A DNA stretch of 63,460 nt from Magnetococcales bacterium (GCA_015231305.1 JADGBW010000006.1:1-63460), one strand, 5' to 3'; shown: positions 20,807 to 31,198, counted from the stretch's first letter. Notes: generated from the letters alone by a model not told the origin. Numbers and translations: made by a program.

Positions 20807-21703
20807 TTACTGAACAAATTCTAATCCTGGTCGCTCATGAAAATAACCGTTGCAAAATGGATCGTTACCATTTATTTCCAACAGTTTTGCTATGGCTTCC
20901 TGGCTTTCTATTTTGCCGTCCATAGTGCTTTTCCAAATTTTCACCACGTCCTTCATGTTTTTGCTTTGTGGCGACAAACGCAGGATATCTACTTTCATTT
21001 TTTGTAATGTTTTTAAATCTGCAATTAGATTGTAGACTAATTCTGACATTGTTTCTATGCCATTAATAACCAAAAACTGCTTGTTTTCTTGGGTATGCAT
21101 AGGCATACCATCAGGATAATCACCACATTTATACTGACAATTTCCCTTAGGCAGATTAAATGCACGGGCAGTATAACAACGGGCAGAAAAAGTTAATGGC
21201 AGTCTACCATAAGCAAACACCTCGGACTCTATACTCTTAACATCTCGACAAACGCCAGATATGTAATTAGCAGAAAGCTCTACTGGAAGCACAACACGTT
21301 CAACACCAACTTCTTTAAGAAAGTCCAAAGTCTCAGGGTTGTATGAGCAAATATGAGGGCCGGCTACCATCGGTTGTCCTTCACCTACCCCAATTGAAGC
21401 CATATCGTTAGCTTCTATACGTAGTCCGGCATCTTTTGCTAATTTTGCCATTTTACGAATTTCTACCTGTTCTTCCTCTGTCATAACCAAGCCAAGCATA
21501 GACAAAACAACCTCTTTGCCAGAACTTTTCAGCTCCTTTGCTAGCTTAACCAACTCTTTAGGGCTTAGGTGTAACCTTTTAGAGCAGACAACCTCACCTA
21601 TGTAGAGAATATCAGCATCGGTTTCAAAAGCCATCTTTTTATAAAAATCGGTAATGCCCTTTTTACCCCAATCAAAGAGGCAAGGCCCAATGGAAATTCT
21701 CAT
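20807..21703 (-). CDS. ubiV: U32-family O2-independent hydroxylation protein
   Basis: YIGEVVCSKR, EAND, LTFSARCYTAR and C..C. Confidence 0.92.
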   Translation of the reverse strand: MRISIGPCLFDWGKKGITDFYKKMAFETDADILYIGEVVCSKRLHLSPKELVKLAKELKSSGKEVVLSMLGLVMTEEEQVEIRKMAKLAKDAGLRIEANDMASIGVGEGQPMVAGPHICSYNPETLDFLKEVGVERVVLPVELSANYISGVCRDVKSIESEVFAYGRLPLTFSARCYTARAFNLPKGNCQYKCGDYPDGMPMHTQENKQFLVINGIETMSELVYNLIADLKTLQKMKVDILRLSPQSKNMKDVVKIWKSTMDGKIESQEAIAKLLEINGNDPFCNGYFHERPGLEFVQ

Positions 21704-21705
21704 AA

Positions 21706-22710
21706 TTACTGCCAGTCCTCTTGATAAGTTCCCAATGTGTGGGTTGCACCTTCAGAAGTGGTGTTTAATGTTTTAATCCACTTACCCTTGGGGCGGAATT
21801 TTTCTGGTGAGCTATAATAGGCATCAACAGCCTTACGGAAGGTCTTAGTTACTGTACCAACATAAGATTTTGTACGTTGTCGTCCTTCAATTTTTAAAGA
21901 GACAACACCTGCTTCAATAACCTCTGGTAACATTTCAAGTACGTTAAGAGAGCTAGGCTCCTCCATGGTATGATAAACTTTTTTATTAGCCTCAAAGCGT
22001 CCTTTGCAAATAGTAGGATATGCAGCATCTTCATCTGCTTCATATTCTGCTATTAATACATCGCCAAGCCTAGTTTGCAACTTATCACCACGGTTTTCAA
22101 AACGAACAGCCCGCGCTGGAGAACAAACACCCTCTATGTTAGGTGAGACTCCCGTGACATATGAAGAGAGATAACAACGCCCCTCTGCCATTACACACAA
22201 ACCTCCAAAAGCAAAAACCTCCATCTCAATGTCGGTTTTTTCTCCAAGCTTTTTAATCTCTTCAACGGTTAAAACTCGCGGTAGAATAACCCGTGTGATG
22301 TTAAAATGCTTTTTATAAAAATTTATTGCCTCATAGTTACTAGCAGAGGCTTGTACAGAGAGGTGAATAGGTAGGTCAGGATGTTTTTCGCGACAATATT
22401 TAAGTAGGGCTAAATTTGCTAGAATAATAGCATCAGCACCAATTTTGGCGGCAATATCTACTGTTTTATACCAGATATCAGGCTTATCAACCTGGGGAAA
22501 GGTATTTAAAACTACATTGCCTTTAACCTTATTTCTGTGGGCATATCGCAACCCCTCAATAGCCTCTTTTTCACTAAAATTCAAACCTTCAAAGTTACGT
22601 GCATTAGTGGCATTGCGGAACCCGAAATATACAGCATCAGCCCCATTATCAACTGCTGCCCTTAAAGATGGTAAATTTCCAGCGGGGGCAAGTACTTCAA
22701 TTTTGTTCAT
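21706..22710 (-). CDS. ubiU: U32-family O2-independent hydroxylation protein
   Basis: TNARNF.GLNF, LCVMAEGRC.LSSY.TG.SPN, CSPA and YPTICKGRF. Confidence 0.95.
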   Translation of the reverse strand: MNKIEVLAPAGNLPSLRAAVDNGADAVYFGFRNATNARNFEGLNFSEKEAIEGLRYAHRNKVKGNVVLNTFPQVDKPDIWYKTVDIAAKIGADAIILANLALLKYCREKHPDLPIHLSVQASASNYEAINFYKKHFNITRVILPRVLTVEEIKKLGEKTDIEMEVFAFGGLCVMAEGRCYLSSYVTGVSPNIEGVCSPARAVRFENRGDKLQTRLGDVLIAEYEADEDAAYPTICKGRFEANKKVYHTMEEPSSLNVLEMLPEVIEAGVVSLKIEGRQRTKSYVGTVTKTFRKAVDAYYSSPEKFRPKGKWIKTLNTTSEGATHTLGTYQEDWQ

Positions 22711-22877
22711 GTTAATCTCGATAATTTAATAATAGATACATGATGAATAAATATACTTTTTAATAGTGTCTACCATTAGAGTCTATATCACCTTGTTGGT
22801 TCAAGGCAAAATTATGATTTAAACTAATAAATTAAATTTTTCATTAGGTGTTAAATATATAAAATACCCAATTAAGG

Positions 22878-23513
22878 TTAAATATTTGGCCACGCCTTGT
22901 ATAAATCATGGTGTATCTCTAGCCTATCAAGAATGCGACCTACAATAAAATCGATAAGTTCGTCAATAGTTGAAGGGCGATTATAAAAACCCGGTGCAGC
23001 TGGTAACATAATAACACCAAGACGCGACAAAGCGAGCATATTTTCAAGATGAATAGGAGAAAAAGGGCTCTCTCGTGGTACCATTATCAATCTACCTTGC
23101 TCCTTGATGGTTACGTCAGCTCCACGTTCTATTAAATTTTCAGATATACCATGGCGTACCCTAGCTAAAGTACCCATTGAACATGGGCATATAACCATAT
23201 CTCGGCGACCACCAGAACCTGAAGCAACAGGAGATATCCAATCTTTTAGCCCATAATGTTTTAGAGTTTTAGATTTTTTATTATCTAAGCTGTTATTAGC
23301 AGTGGAATTAAAATATGCTAAGATATCTTTAACCACGTTATCTCCATCACCTTGCAACTCAAGGCCACACTCCTGTTTAATAACAACACGGGCAGGGTCA
23401 GACAATAGCAAGTCAACTGAGCGGTCAGCTTTTAAGAGTAACTCTATCAAGCGTAAGCTATATAGAGCACCAGAGGCTCCCGTTATAGCTACAAGGATTG
23501 GATTTTTTGGCAT
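22878..23513 (-). CDS. ubiX: flavin prenyltransferase
   Basis: ITGASG, ASGS, PCSMGTL, PRESP and PGFY. Confidence 0.95.
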   Translation of the reverse strand: MPKNPILVAITGASGALYSLRLIELLLKADRSVDLLLSDPARVVIKQECGLELQGDGDNVVKDILAYFNSTANNSLDNKKSKTLKHYGLKDWISPVASGSGGRRDMVICPCSMGTLARVRHGISENLIERGADVTIKEQGRLIMVPRESPFSPIHLENMLALSRLGVIMLPAAPGFYNRPSTIDELIDFIVGRILDRLEIHHDLYKAWPNI

Positions 23514-23552
23514 ATCAAGTTAAATATAATAGCTACAAAAAAAAAGGAACAA

Positions 23553-24494
23553 GTGGTGTCTGTCTATACTCATCTTAACATAAACGAACTAAGCACAGTT
23601 GTCACCCGGTTGAAACTAGACCCTATAAAGAGCTTAGAAGGAATTTCAGCAGGGGTTGTCAATACTAACTATAAACTTACGACTGAAACTCAACAATATG
23701 TACTTACCCTAGTTGAAGATCCCCATGAAGGAGACGCTCTACCTTTTATAGCTGATTTGTTAACACACTTGGCAAAAAAAGGTATACCCTGCCCCCACCC
23801 TGTTACAGACCAACAAGGCAAAGCCTATTTTATTATCAAAGATAGACCTTCATTACTTGCAGGCTTTTTAACTGGTAGCTCACCTATACTACAATCTTCA
23901 AACCACTGTTTTGAAATTGGCAAAATATTGGCTAAAATTCATCTTGCAGGGGCAGATTTTCCACAATCAAGAAAAAACTCTATGGGGCCAAGCAGGTGGT
24001 TAAAGCTACTAAATAAAATTGGCCCTTTGTTGCAAAAAAAAGACCCTACTACTTTGGAACTATTATTAAATGAACTAAAATGGCTAGATAACAACTACCA
24101 AAATTTAGAGCTTCCAAGTGGGTTGTGTCATGGAGATTTATTTCCAGATAACAGCCTGTTTTTAGAAGAAAAGATAACAGGAGTAATTGACTTTTTCTTT
24201 GCTTGTCATGATCTGTATATCTACGATATTGCCGTAATTAGAAATGCATGGTGTTTTGATGTTAATGGTAAGTCTATTCCAGGATATTGGAAAAAACTTC
24301 TTAGTGGATATACAGAGGTAAGAGCCCTAACTGAAAATGAAAAAAAACATTTAACAACTGCCTCTCGCGCTGCTGCGCTGCGCTTTTCCTTAACCAGACT
24401 TCACGACAATTATTTTCCCCGCAGCGGAGAAACAGTAACAAAAAAAGATCCTCAACCTTTTATAGAACGCTTAAAATATTTTCGTCAGTTATAA
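23553..24494 (+). CDS. thrB: homoserine kinase type II
   Basis: SVYT, NTNY, HGDLFPDN and RFSLTRLHD. Confidence 0.92.
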   Translation: MVSVYTHLNINELSTVVTRLKLDPIKSLEGISAGVVNTNYKLTTETQQYVLTLVEDPHEGDALPFIADLLTHLAKKGIPCPHPVTDQQGKAYFIIKDRPSLLAGFLTGSSPILQSSNHCFEIGKILAKIHLAGADFPQSRKNSMGPSRWLKLLNKIGPLLQKKDPTTLELLLNELKWLDNNYQNLELPSGLCHGDLFPDNSLFLEEKITGVIDFFFACHDLYIYDIAVIRNAWCFDVNGKSIPGYWKKLLSGYTEVRALTENEKKHLTTASRAAALRFSLTRLHDNYFPRSGETVTKKDPQPFIERLKYFRQL

Positions 24495-24499
24495 TTTAC

Positions 24500-25408
24500 T
24501 TACTTTTTATGGTCCCAATACGGATTGTTGCCAAATCTTTTAACTAAAAAATCAACAAAAACCCTCACCTTAGCAGAAAGATGCCTATTGTGGTGATACA
24601 GTGCATAAAGACCTGTCTCTTTAATTTGATATTCACACAACGTTTTTTTAAGAGTTCCTGCTAAAAGGTCTTGCCCAACTATAAATGTTGGAAGAATAGC
24701 AAGCCCTTGTCCTTGTAAAACAATCTGACGAATAGCATCACCACTATTTACTCTAATTCTGCTTTTTATACTAACTACTTCATCACCTTTTTCAGATTGA
24801 AAGTGCCAGTTATCTCCGCTACGACTATAACTGTAAGCAATACAGTTATGTTTAACAATATCATCAAGAGATTTAGGTTCTCCATGCTCACTAAAATATT
24901 GTGGAGAAGCACACAACACAGACTTCAATGGGGCTAAACGACGGGCAATAAGGCTTGAATCAACCATATCACCACCTCTAATAGCCAAATCAAAACCTTC
25001 TGTTAAAATATCTACAAACCTATCACTCATATCAAGGTCAATCTCTATATCAGGCCAAATAGCCATAAATTCTGCAATAGCCGAAGCTAAATGGTAAATA
25101 CCAAAGCTCATTGGTGCGCTAATTCGTAATAGCCCGCTAGGTGCTGCATGAAGGTCTTTAACAGATCTCTCCGCCTCTTCCAAATCTGCTAAAATCAATT
25201 TACATCGTTGTAGATAATCCTTCCCCTCTGTAGTTAGGCGAATCTGTCTGGTAGTACGGTTAAAAAGCCTTACTGAAAGTTGCTCCTCCAACAAGCCAAT
25301 ATATTTACTAACTACCGCTTTAGATAACCGCATATTACGAGCAGCAGCAGAAAAGCTACCAACTTCTGTTACTTTTACAAATGTCTGCATCAAGCGAAAT
25401 CTGTCCAT
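24500..25408 (-). CDS. LysR-family regulator (CrgA-like)
   Basis: GSFSAAAR HTH, LFNRTTR, EGFDLAIR and KVRVFVDF. Confidence 0.95.
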   Translation of the reverse strand: MDRFRLMQTFVKVTEVGSFSAAARNMRLSKAVVSKYIGLLEEQLSVRLFNRTTRQIRLTTEGKDYLQRCKLILADLEEAERSVKDLHAAPSGLLRISAPMSFGIYHLASAIAEFMAIWPDIEIDLDMSDRFVDILTEGFDLAIRGGDMVDSSLIARRLAPLKSVLCASPQYFSEHGEPKSLDDIVKHNCIAYSYSRSGDNWHFQSEKGDEVVSIKSRIRVNSGDAIRQIVLQGQGLAILPTFIVGQDLLAGTLKKTLCEYQIKETGLYALYHHNRHLSAKVRVFVDFLVKRFGNNPYWDHKK

Positions 25409-25422
25409 TAAACCACCCTTTC

Positions 25423-25447
25423 TATTGTCTACATTTTATGAACAATA
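25423..25447. promoter_or_regulatory. putative LysR recognition site
   Basis: TATTGT...ACAATA dyad in the divergent promoter, next to the lysR start. Confidence 0.5.
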
Positions 25448-25600
25448 ATGTCACAATAAACTATATTGTCAACATCAAATATCGACTGTATATTGCAAAT
25501 CATCTTAACTAACACTTATCAAATATTTAACAGTTAGCAGTAATTGCAAAGCAACAATTGCTAAAAAACCAGTTAACACTATATTTTAAGGAGTTACATC

Positions 25601-25816
25601 ATGTCTAAACCAGTAATTGCCCAACTACCAGCAGGTTCTCATCATGTTTGTATGTGTGGAAAAAGTAAAAACAAACCATACTGTGATGGCTCCCACAAAG
25701 GTAGCGGCATCACCCCTGCTGCGGTAGAACTTAATAAACCTGAACAGGTTGCTATATGTGCTTGTGGTAAGAGCAACACAGCACCATTTTGTGATGGCTC
25801 TCATAAAAATCTATGA
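25601..25816 (+). CDS. double CDGSH 2Fe-2S (NEET/MiNT-like) protein
   Basis: CMCGKSKNKPYCDGSH and CACGKSNTAPFCDGSH. Confidence 0.92.
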   Translation: MSKPVIAQLPAGSHHVCMCGKSKNKPYCDGSHKGSGITPAAVELNKPEQVAICACGKSNTAPFCDGSHKNL

Positions 25817-25869
25817 AAATTCCATCTAAGCTATAACAAACATGTTTTTTAGCTAAGGATACCTAAGCT

Positions 25870-26424
25870 ATGTTAAATGAAACTGAAAAAAAAATGCCTG
25901 CCCGCTATAACGGTTTTGCCCGCTTACTCCACTGGCTTATGGCAGTTTTAGTTCTAGGTTTAGCAGCTTTAGGTTTTTATATGGTCACTCTCACTTATTA
26001 CGACCCATGGTATAGAACAGCACCAGACCTACACCGCTCCTTTGGGGTTATCGCATTTATCTTGGTTATAATACGTTGGGTTTGGCGCAAGAAAAAACCA
26101 CCACCAGCAATGTCGCAAACTTTAAAACCAATAGAGAAGATGGCAGCACATTTGGTACATCATCTCCTCTACGGACTACTTTTTATACTACCCATTAGCG
26201 GATATTTTATTACTACTGCTAAAGGAGATGCAGTAAATGTTTTTGGCCTGTTTACAATACCTGCTCTATTTGAGAAACAGCCAGTTGCAAACTTAGAAGA
26301 TATAGCAGGGTTTATTCATTTTGGGTTGGCAGTATTTTTACTAGTCATAGTTGCTCTTCACATTGCAGGAGGACTAAAACACCATTTTATTGAAAAAGAT
26401 GATACACTTACACGAATGTTATAA
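25870..26424 (+). CDS. cytochrome b561 (YceJ-like)
   Basis: LHW, LHRSFG, AHLVH and HIAGGLKHHFI..D.TL.RM. Confidence 0.92.
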   Translation: MLNETEKKMPARYNGFARLLHWLMAVLVLGLAALGFYMVTLTYYDPWYRTAPDLHRSFGVIAFILVIIRWVWRKKKPPPAMSQTLKPIEKMAAHLVHHLLYGLLFILPISGYFITTAKGDAVNVFGLFTIPALFEKQPVANLEDIAGFIHFGLAVFLLVIVALHIAGGLKHHFIEKDDTLTRML

Positions 26425-26461
26425 CTAATTAATATTATTAAAATAAAACCAGGAGCCAACA

Positions 26462-27046
26462 ATGAAAACCTCCCTAAAAGCCAAAAACCTAATAGCTATA
26501 GCTTTAGCAACAGCACTAAGCTGGTTAGCAACACCAGCTCAAGCAGATAACTATCGTATAGACCCTACTCACTCATTCATTGAGTTTAGTATCTCACACC
26601 TTGGTATAAGTGTTCTAAAAGGCCGTTTTAACGATATATCCGGCAACTTTAACTACGACAAACAAAAACCCAAAACTGCAAAAATATCTGTTTTGGTTAA
26701 AACTGCTAGCATAGATAGCAACCATGCTGAGCGTGACAAACATCTACGCGGCAAAGATTTTCTAGATGTAAAAAAATATCCAGAAGCCACCTTTACCACT
26801 ACATCGTTTAAGGGTAATGGCAAAACCGGAACCCTAACAGGTAAACTTACCATCCACGGTAAAACAAATAAGGTAAAAATTCCAATCACCTATGTAGGTG
26901 CAGGAAAAGATCCATGGGGTGGATATCGCATGGGGTTTGCAGGCAAAGTAAGAATCAAACGCAGCGACTACGGCATAAGCTACAATCTAGGGCCAGCGGC
27001 ACAAAGCATGGATTTAGATCTGTTTATAGAGGGTATTCGTAAATAA
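26462..27046 (+). CDS. yceI: YceI polyisoprenoid-binding periplasmic protein
   Basis: Signal peptide, IDPTHS, ERDKHLR and DPWGGYR. Confidence 0.95.
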   Translation: MKTSLKAKNLIAIALATALSWLATPAQADNYRIDPTHSFIEFSISHLGISVLKGRFNDISGNFNYDKQKPKTAKISVLVKTASIDSNHAERDKHLRGKDFLDVKKYPEATFTTTSFKGNGKTGTLTGKLTIHGKTNKVKIPITYVGAGKDPWGGYRMGFAGKVRIKRSDYGISYNLGPAAQSMDLDLFIEGIRK

Positions 27047-27058
27047 GAGCAGTTATAA

Positions 27059-27091
27059 AAAGCCCCATTTCAGAGTTTGAAATGGGGCTTT
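27059..27091. terminator. intrinsic terminator, probably bidirectional
   Basis: AAAGCCCCATTTCA-gagtt-TGAAATGGGGCTTT. Confidence 0.85.
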
Positions 27092-27189
27092 GTTTGTTCA
27101 ACCTACCAACATTCGTCCTACGCTTTTTTACTAAATATTTTTAAGATCATTGATGTCGTCCTATCTCTTCGACCAATAAAGAAGTCGCA

Positions 27190-27288
27190 AAGGCCCAAAA
27201 AACGCTCAGCCAAAAACTGTACATCACTTATTCGCCAGTCTTGCTGGTTATTCCACATCTTTTACAAGATTTTTTCAGTTTTACTCAT
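27190..27288 (-). pseudogene. HicA-like toxin N-terminal remnant
   Basis: MSKTEKIL*KMWNNQQDWRISDVQFLAERF resembles the HicA-type N-terminus (K..KM.NNP.DWRI.D); in-frame TAA at codon 9. Right-hand boundary of homology is approximate. Confidence 0.55.
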
Positions 27289-27296
27289 GCAGCCGT

Positions 27297-27314
27297 GGTT
27301 CCGCATACGGAACC
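27297..27314. promoter_or_regulatory. perfect palindrome upstream of the hicA remnant (operator-like)
   Basis: GGTTCCG-CATA-CGGAACC. Confidence 0.45.
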
Positions 27315-27365
27315 TTAAATTTAAACTAAATTCACATAAATATCTTTATACACTCAAATAAAAAA

Positions 27366-28475
27366 TTAGACATTAAACAAGAAATGCATTACATCCCCAT
27401 CGCTTAGCTGATAGGTTTTACCCTCTAAGCGCATTTTGCCTTTTTCTTTGGCTCCCTGCTCACCATTGCAAGCGATAAAATCATCAAAACTTATCACCTC
27501 AGCGCGGATAAAGCCTTTTTGAAAATCTGTGTGGATAACACCTGCTGCTTCAGGTGCTGTCGCACCTTTTTTTACTGTCCAGGCTCTTACCTCTTTGGGG
27601 CCAACAGTAAAATATGTCATTAAACCTAACAGTTCATAAGCTTGGTGAACTAGACGGTCTAAGCCTGGTTCTTCTAGGTTTAAATCATCTAAAAACATTG
27701 CTTTTTCGTCGGCATCAAGCTCAGATATTTCAGACTCAATGGCTCCACATATTACTACCACCTCAGCCCCCTCTTCGGCTGCTTGTTTGCGTACGGCATC
27801 GGTCATTGGGTGTGCGCCGGGAGTTTGGGCTGTTACTATATCGGCCTCTGATACGTTACAAATATACAAGACAGGCTTTGCGGTAATCATGAAAAGATCT
27901 CGCAGCCCCTCTTTATCTTCAGGAGATAGATCCTGCTGGCGTATTGGTACTCCATCATTTAAGCCAGCTATAACTCTGGCATAAATATCAACTAAAATTT
28001 TTGCCTCTTTTTCACCTGTTCGTGCTTTTTTAATTACAGAATCATGCCGCTTCTGAACACTAGCTAAGTCAGCCAACATTAACTCGGTCTCAATAATTAA
28101 AATATCAGCAACAGGATCAACTCTATCTTCCACATGGGTGATATCATCATCCTCAAAACAGCGCACCACATGGGTAACAGCATCAACTTGTCGTATATGA
28201 CCTAAAAACTGATTGCCTAACCCCTCTCCTTTGGAGGCACCACTTACCAAACCAGCAATATCAACAAATTCCATTACTGTTGGTAAAACTTGTTGTGGAT
28301 TGGCAATTTTTTTTAGCTGTTCTAAACGAGGGTCAGCAACCGTAACCACACCAACATTTGGCTCTATGGTGCAGAATGGATAGTTGGCCATCTGAGCACC
28401 AGCCGCTGTTAAAGCATTAAAAATTGTAGATTTGCCAACATTAGGCAGACCGACTATACCGCATTGAAGTGCCAT
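27366..28475 (-). CDS. ychF: redox-regulated ATPase YchF
   Basis: [19 protein letters not shown] and [16 protein letters not shown]. Confidence 0.98.
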   Translation of the reverse strand: MALQCGIVGLPNVGKSTIFNALTAAGAQMANYPFCTIEPNVGVVTVADPRLEQLKKIANPQQVLPTVMEFVDIAGLVSGASKGEGLGNQFLGHIRQVDAVTHVVRCFEDDDITHVEDRVDPVADILIIETELMLADLASVQKRHDSVIKKARTGEKEAKILVDIYARVIAGLNDGVPIRQQDLSPEDKEGLRDLFMITAKPVLYICNVSEADIVTAQTPGAHPMTDAVRKQAAEEGAEVVVICGAIESEISELDADEKAMFLDDLNLEEPGLDRLVHQAYELLGLMTYFTVGPKEVRAWTVKKGATAPEAAGVIHTDFQKGFIRAEVISFDDFIACNGEQGAKEKGKMRLEGKTYQLSDGDVMHFLFNV

Positions 28476-28551
28476 GGGAATCCTAGAATAATGATAGAAA
28501 AGAGAACACCTAAGTGCCTAAGCGGAGTAATTAAACATATCGCTTTAAGCC

Positions 28552-29115
28552 CTAAGAATTAAGCAACTGGTTCATCGCGCCGGGCAGATCACCATCAAGT
28601 AGAGCTGACAGTGCATTTGGTAACCCGTTAAGCCTAGGATCTATCAACTCTCGTTCTTCTTTATTAAACTTTGAGAGAACAAAATTTGTAGTATCCATAC
28701 GGCCCGGTGGTCTGCCTATACCTAAACGAACCCTTATAAAATCTGGTGAACCTATGATCTGTTGAATAGACTTAAGGCCATTATGTCCACCATTACCACC
28801 ACCTTTTTTCATCCTAACTCGACCTGATACAAGGTCTAGGTCGTCATGAAAAACAATTACCTGTTCTGGTTCAAGCTTAAAAAACCGGGCTGCAGCACCT
28901 ACTGACTCTCCAGAGAGGTTCATAAATGTTTCGGGTTTTAACCAGCCAATTTTTTGTGTGCCAACTCTACCAGTGCCAAAAACTCCCTTAAACCGCTGCG
29001 AGCCAACAGATAGCCCACATTCACGGATTAATAAGTCAATGGCATCAAAGCCCAAATTATGACGGGAACCCTGATACTTTTCACCAGGGTTCCCTAATCC
29101 TACCAACAAATTCAC
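28552..29115 (-). CDS. pth: peptidyl-tRNA hydrolase
   Basis: VGLGNPG, RHN, FMNLSG and GHNGLKS. Confidence 0.97.
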   Translation of the reverse strand: MNLLVGLGNPGEKYQGSRHNLGFDAIDLLIRECGLSVGSQRFKGVFGTGRVGTQKIGWLKPETFMNLSGESVGAAARFFKLEPEQVIVFHDDLDLVSGRVRMKKGGGNGGHNGLKSIQQIIGSPDFIRVRLGIGRPPGRMDTTNFVLSKFNKEERELIDPRLNGLPNALSALLDGDLPGAMNQLLNS

Positions 29116-29137
29116 GTAAAAAACAAAAGAGCCAAAA

Positions 29138-29782
29138 TTAGCTCTCTTCCCCTTCGTCAGATGCTTTCTCAGTTGTTACTTCAGTCTCAATAGCCTCTGG
29201 TGCATCAGTCTCTACCTCTTCAATCACAGGCGCACTGATATTAACAATGGTAAAGTTAACCTCTGTATTAACAACAACACCTTTTGGCATTTCAATATCC
29301 TCAATATGGATAGAATCACCAATATCCATCTCGGCCACAGATATCTCAAAGTTCTCAGGAATATCACCAGCTAAACATTGAACCTCAAGTGTACGGCGGA
29401 TTTGCTCAACCATACCACCTGCCTTAACACCTGGGCATACTTCTTCACCAAGCAAGACAACAGGAACCTCAATCTCAACTTTTTGCTTAGGATTAAAGCG
29501 CATGAAATCAACATGAACAGGGTCACCAGTTACGGGATGAGTTTGAAAACCACGCAACAGAACCATCTGTTTGGCACTACCTATAACTAGCGTCTGCCGT
29601 TGGGTACGGAGTGCAGAGCCGTTTTTCTCAACAACTTCCATCCACTCTTTAGAGTTTAAAGATAAGTTAACGTTATCTTTACCACCACCATAAAGTACTG
29701 CTGGTAGATTACCTTCGCGACGCATCAAGCGGGCCACCCCCTTGCCGGTCCCCTCTCGTTTTTCAGCTTTAATTGTTGCCAT
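29138..29782 (-). CDS. rplY: 50S ribosomal protein bL25/Ctc
   Basis: GKG.AR..RR...PAVLYG, HVDF and a Ctc C-terminal domain. Confidence 0.96.
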   Translation of the reverse strand: MATIKAEKREGTGKGVARLMRREGNLPAVLYGGGKDNVNLSLNSKEWMEVVEKNGSALRTQRQTLVIGSAKQMVLLRGFQTHPVTGDPVHVDFMRFNPKQKVEIEVPVVLLGEEVCPGVKAGGMVEQIRRTLEVQCLAGDIPENFEISVAEMDIGDSIHIEDIEMPKGVVVNTEVNFTIVNISAPVIEEVETDAPEAIETEVTTEKASDEGEES

Positions 29783-29905
29783 GAAACAGACTCCTCAAAA
29801 AATAATACAATAAAAAAAAACAGGAATATCTACCAAACCATTCACAAAAAATAGCCTTTATTACCAAGACATTAAATATAAATGTCTGGTTAAATAAAGA
29901 ATATC

Positions 29906-29940
29906 AAACGTCCAGCCTCCAGGGGTGCTGATAACGCTTT
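29906..29940 (-). promoter_or_regulatory. candidate rplY (L25) leader hairpin
   Basis: Minus strand AAAGCGTT-AT-CAGC-ACCCCTGGAG-GCTG-GACGTTT: a GC-rich stem-loop inside an AT-rich 5' region. Confidence 0.45.
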
Positions 29941-30009
29941 GAAAATGAAATGCCTAATTAATAAATATTTAGGCAAGATCCTGCAAAACATAAAATAAAA
30001 CAAATACTA

Positions 30010-30954
30010 TTAAACAAATAGAGAGCTAACGGACTCCTCATCACATACTCGGCGAATGGCCTCACCTAGGAGGTTGGAGACGGTGTAGCTTTGAATTTTA
30101 TCACAAGCAACGGCAGCTTCACTCAACTGGATTGTATCGGTTACAATTAAACGGGACAAGCCGGAGTTTTGAATCCGATCAACCGCAGGACCGGATAGAA
30201 CACCGTGTGAGCAAACCGCTATAACTGAATTGGCCCCTCTCTCCAACAAAGCATCAGCAGCTTTAGTTAGTGTTCCTGCTGTATCAACCATATCATCGAC
30301 GATAATACAATCTTTCCCCTCTACATGACCAATAATATTATGAACTTCAGCAACATTCGCTGCTGGACGGCGTTTATCGATAATTGCAAGATCAGCATTT
30401 AAACGTTTTGCATATGAGCGAGCACGCACAACACCACCAACATCTGGGGAGATTATAACTATATTAGAAGTATCAAGCTCTCGTATAGCCCCTAATAGGG
30501 TTGGTGTTGCATAAAGATTATCAACTGGCATATTAAAAAAGCCTTGGATCTGTCCTGCATGCAGGTCCATAGTTAATACTCTTCCCACACCAGCAGCATG
30601 GAGAAGGTCTGCAACAAGTTTAGCTGTGATAGGTGTTCTACCTGCCTCTTTACGATCTTGGCGAGCATAACCATAGTATGGTATAACAGCCGTTATTCGA
30701 CCAGCAGAAGCCCTGCGTAAGGCATCAACCATAATCAAAATTTCCATAAGATGATCATTGGCTGGTGATGAACTAGGTTGAACAACAAACACATCCTTTC
30801 CACGAACATTTTCATCGATCTGAACAAATATTTCCCCATCAGAAAACCGCTTGATTGTTACAGCAGAAGGATTAACAGAGAGATACGTACAAATCCGTTT
30901 GGCAAGTTCGGGGTTGGCAGTACCAGAAAAAATCTTTAATTTATCGATAGACAT
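30010..30954 (-). CDS. prs: ribose-phosphate pyrophosphokinase
   Basis: [25 protein letters not shown] and DDMVDTAGT. Confidence 0.98.
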   Translation of the reverse strand: MSIDKLKIFSGTANPELAKRICTYLSVNPSAVTIKRFSDGEIFVQIDENVRGKDVFVVQPSSSPANDHLMEILIMVDALRRASAGRITAVIPYYGYARQDRKEAGRTPITAKLVADLLHAAGVGRVLTMDLHAGQIQGFFNMPVDNLYATPTLLGAIRELDTSNIVIISPDVGGVVRARSYAKRLNADLAIIDKRRPAANVAEVHNIIGHVEGKDCIIVDDMVDTAGTLTKAADALLERGANSVIAVCSHGVLSGPAVDRIQNSGLSRLIVTDTIQLSEAAVACDKIQSYTVSNLLGEAIRRVCDEESVSSLFV

Positions 30955-31160
30955 AGCTATAACTTTAAGGGGCTCTTAGTGAGGGGATGTCAGGGTATTG
31001 CTAATACTTAAAAAAAACTGCTAACTCCATACAGGAATATTCTTTTGAATTTGCGAAGAAAAATACACCCCTTCTCTCATCAAAGCAACCATTAAACTGA
31101 TAGTTTGCATTATCCCCCCATCAGGCATCTAAATTTTTTAAAAATATATCTACCCAATAC

Positions 31161-31198
31161 AAAAAAAAACCTGTCTTTCCTTGAGGAAAGACAGGTTT
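31161..31198 (-). terminator. intrinsic terminator after the ankyrin gene
   Basis: AAACCTGTCTTTCC..GGAAAGACAGGTTT stem with a T9 tail on the minus strand. Confidence 0.85.

Noticed and set aside
22811-22830. FNR site upstream of ubiU
   Set aside because: Only one imperfect half-site in AT-rich sequence; too weak to call.
27077-27361. 94-aa ORF on the + strand
   Set aside because: Starts inside a terminator, has no SD, and is antisense to the hicA remnant.
30955-31160. tRNA-Gln expected upstream of prs
   Set aside because: No cloverleaf or TTCGA T-arm on either strand.
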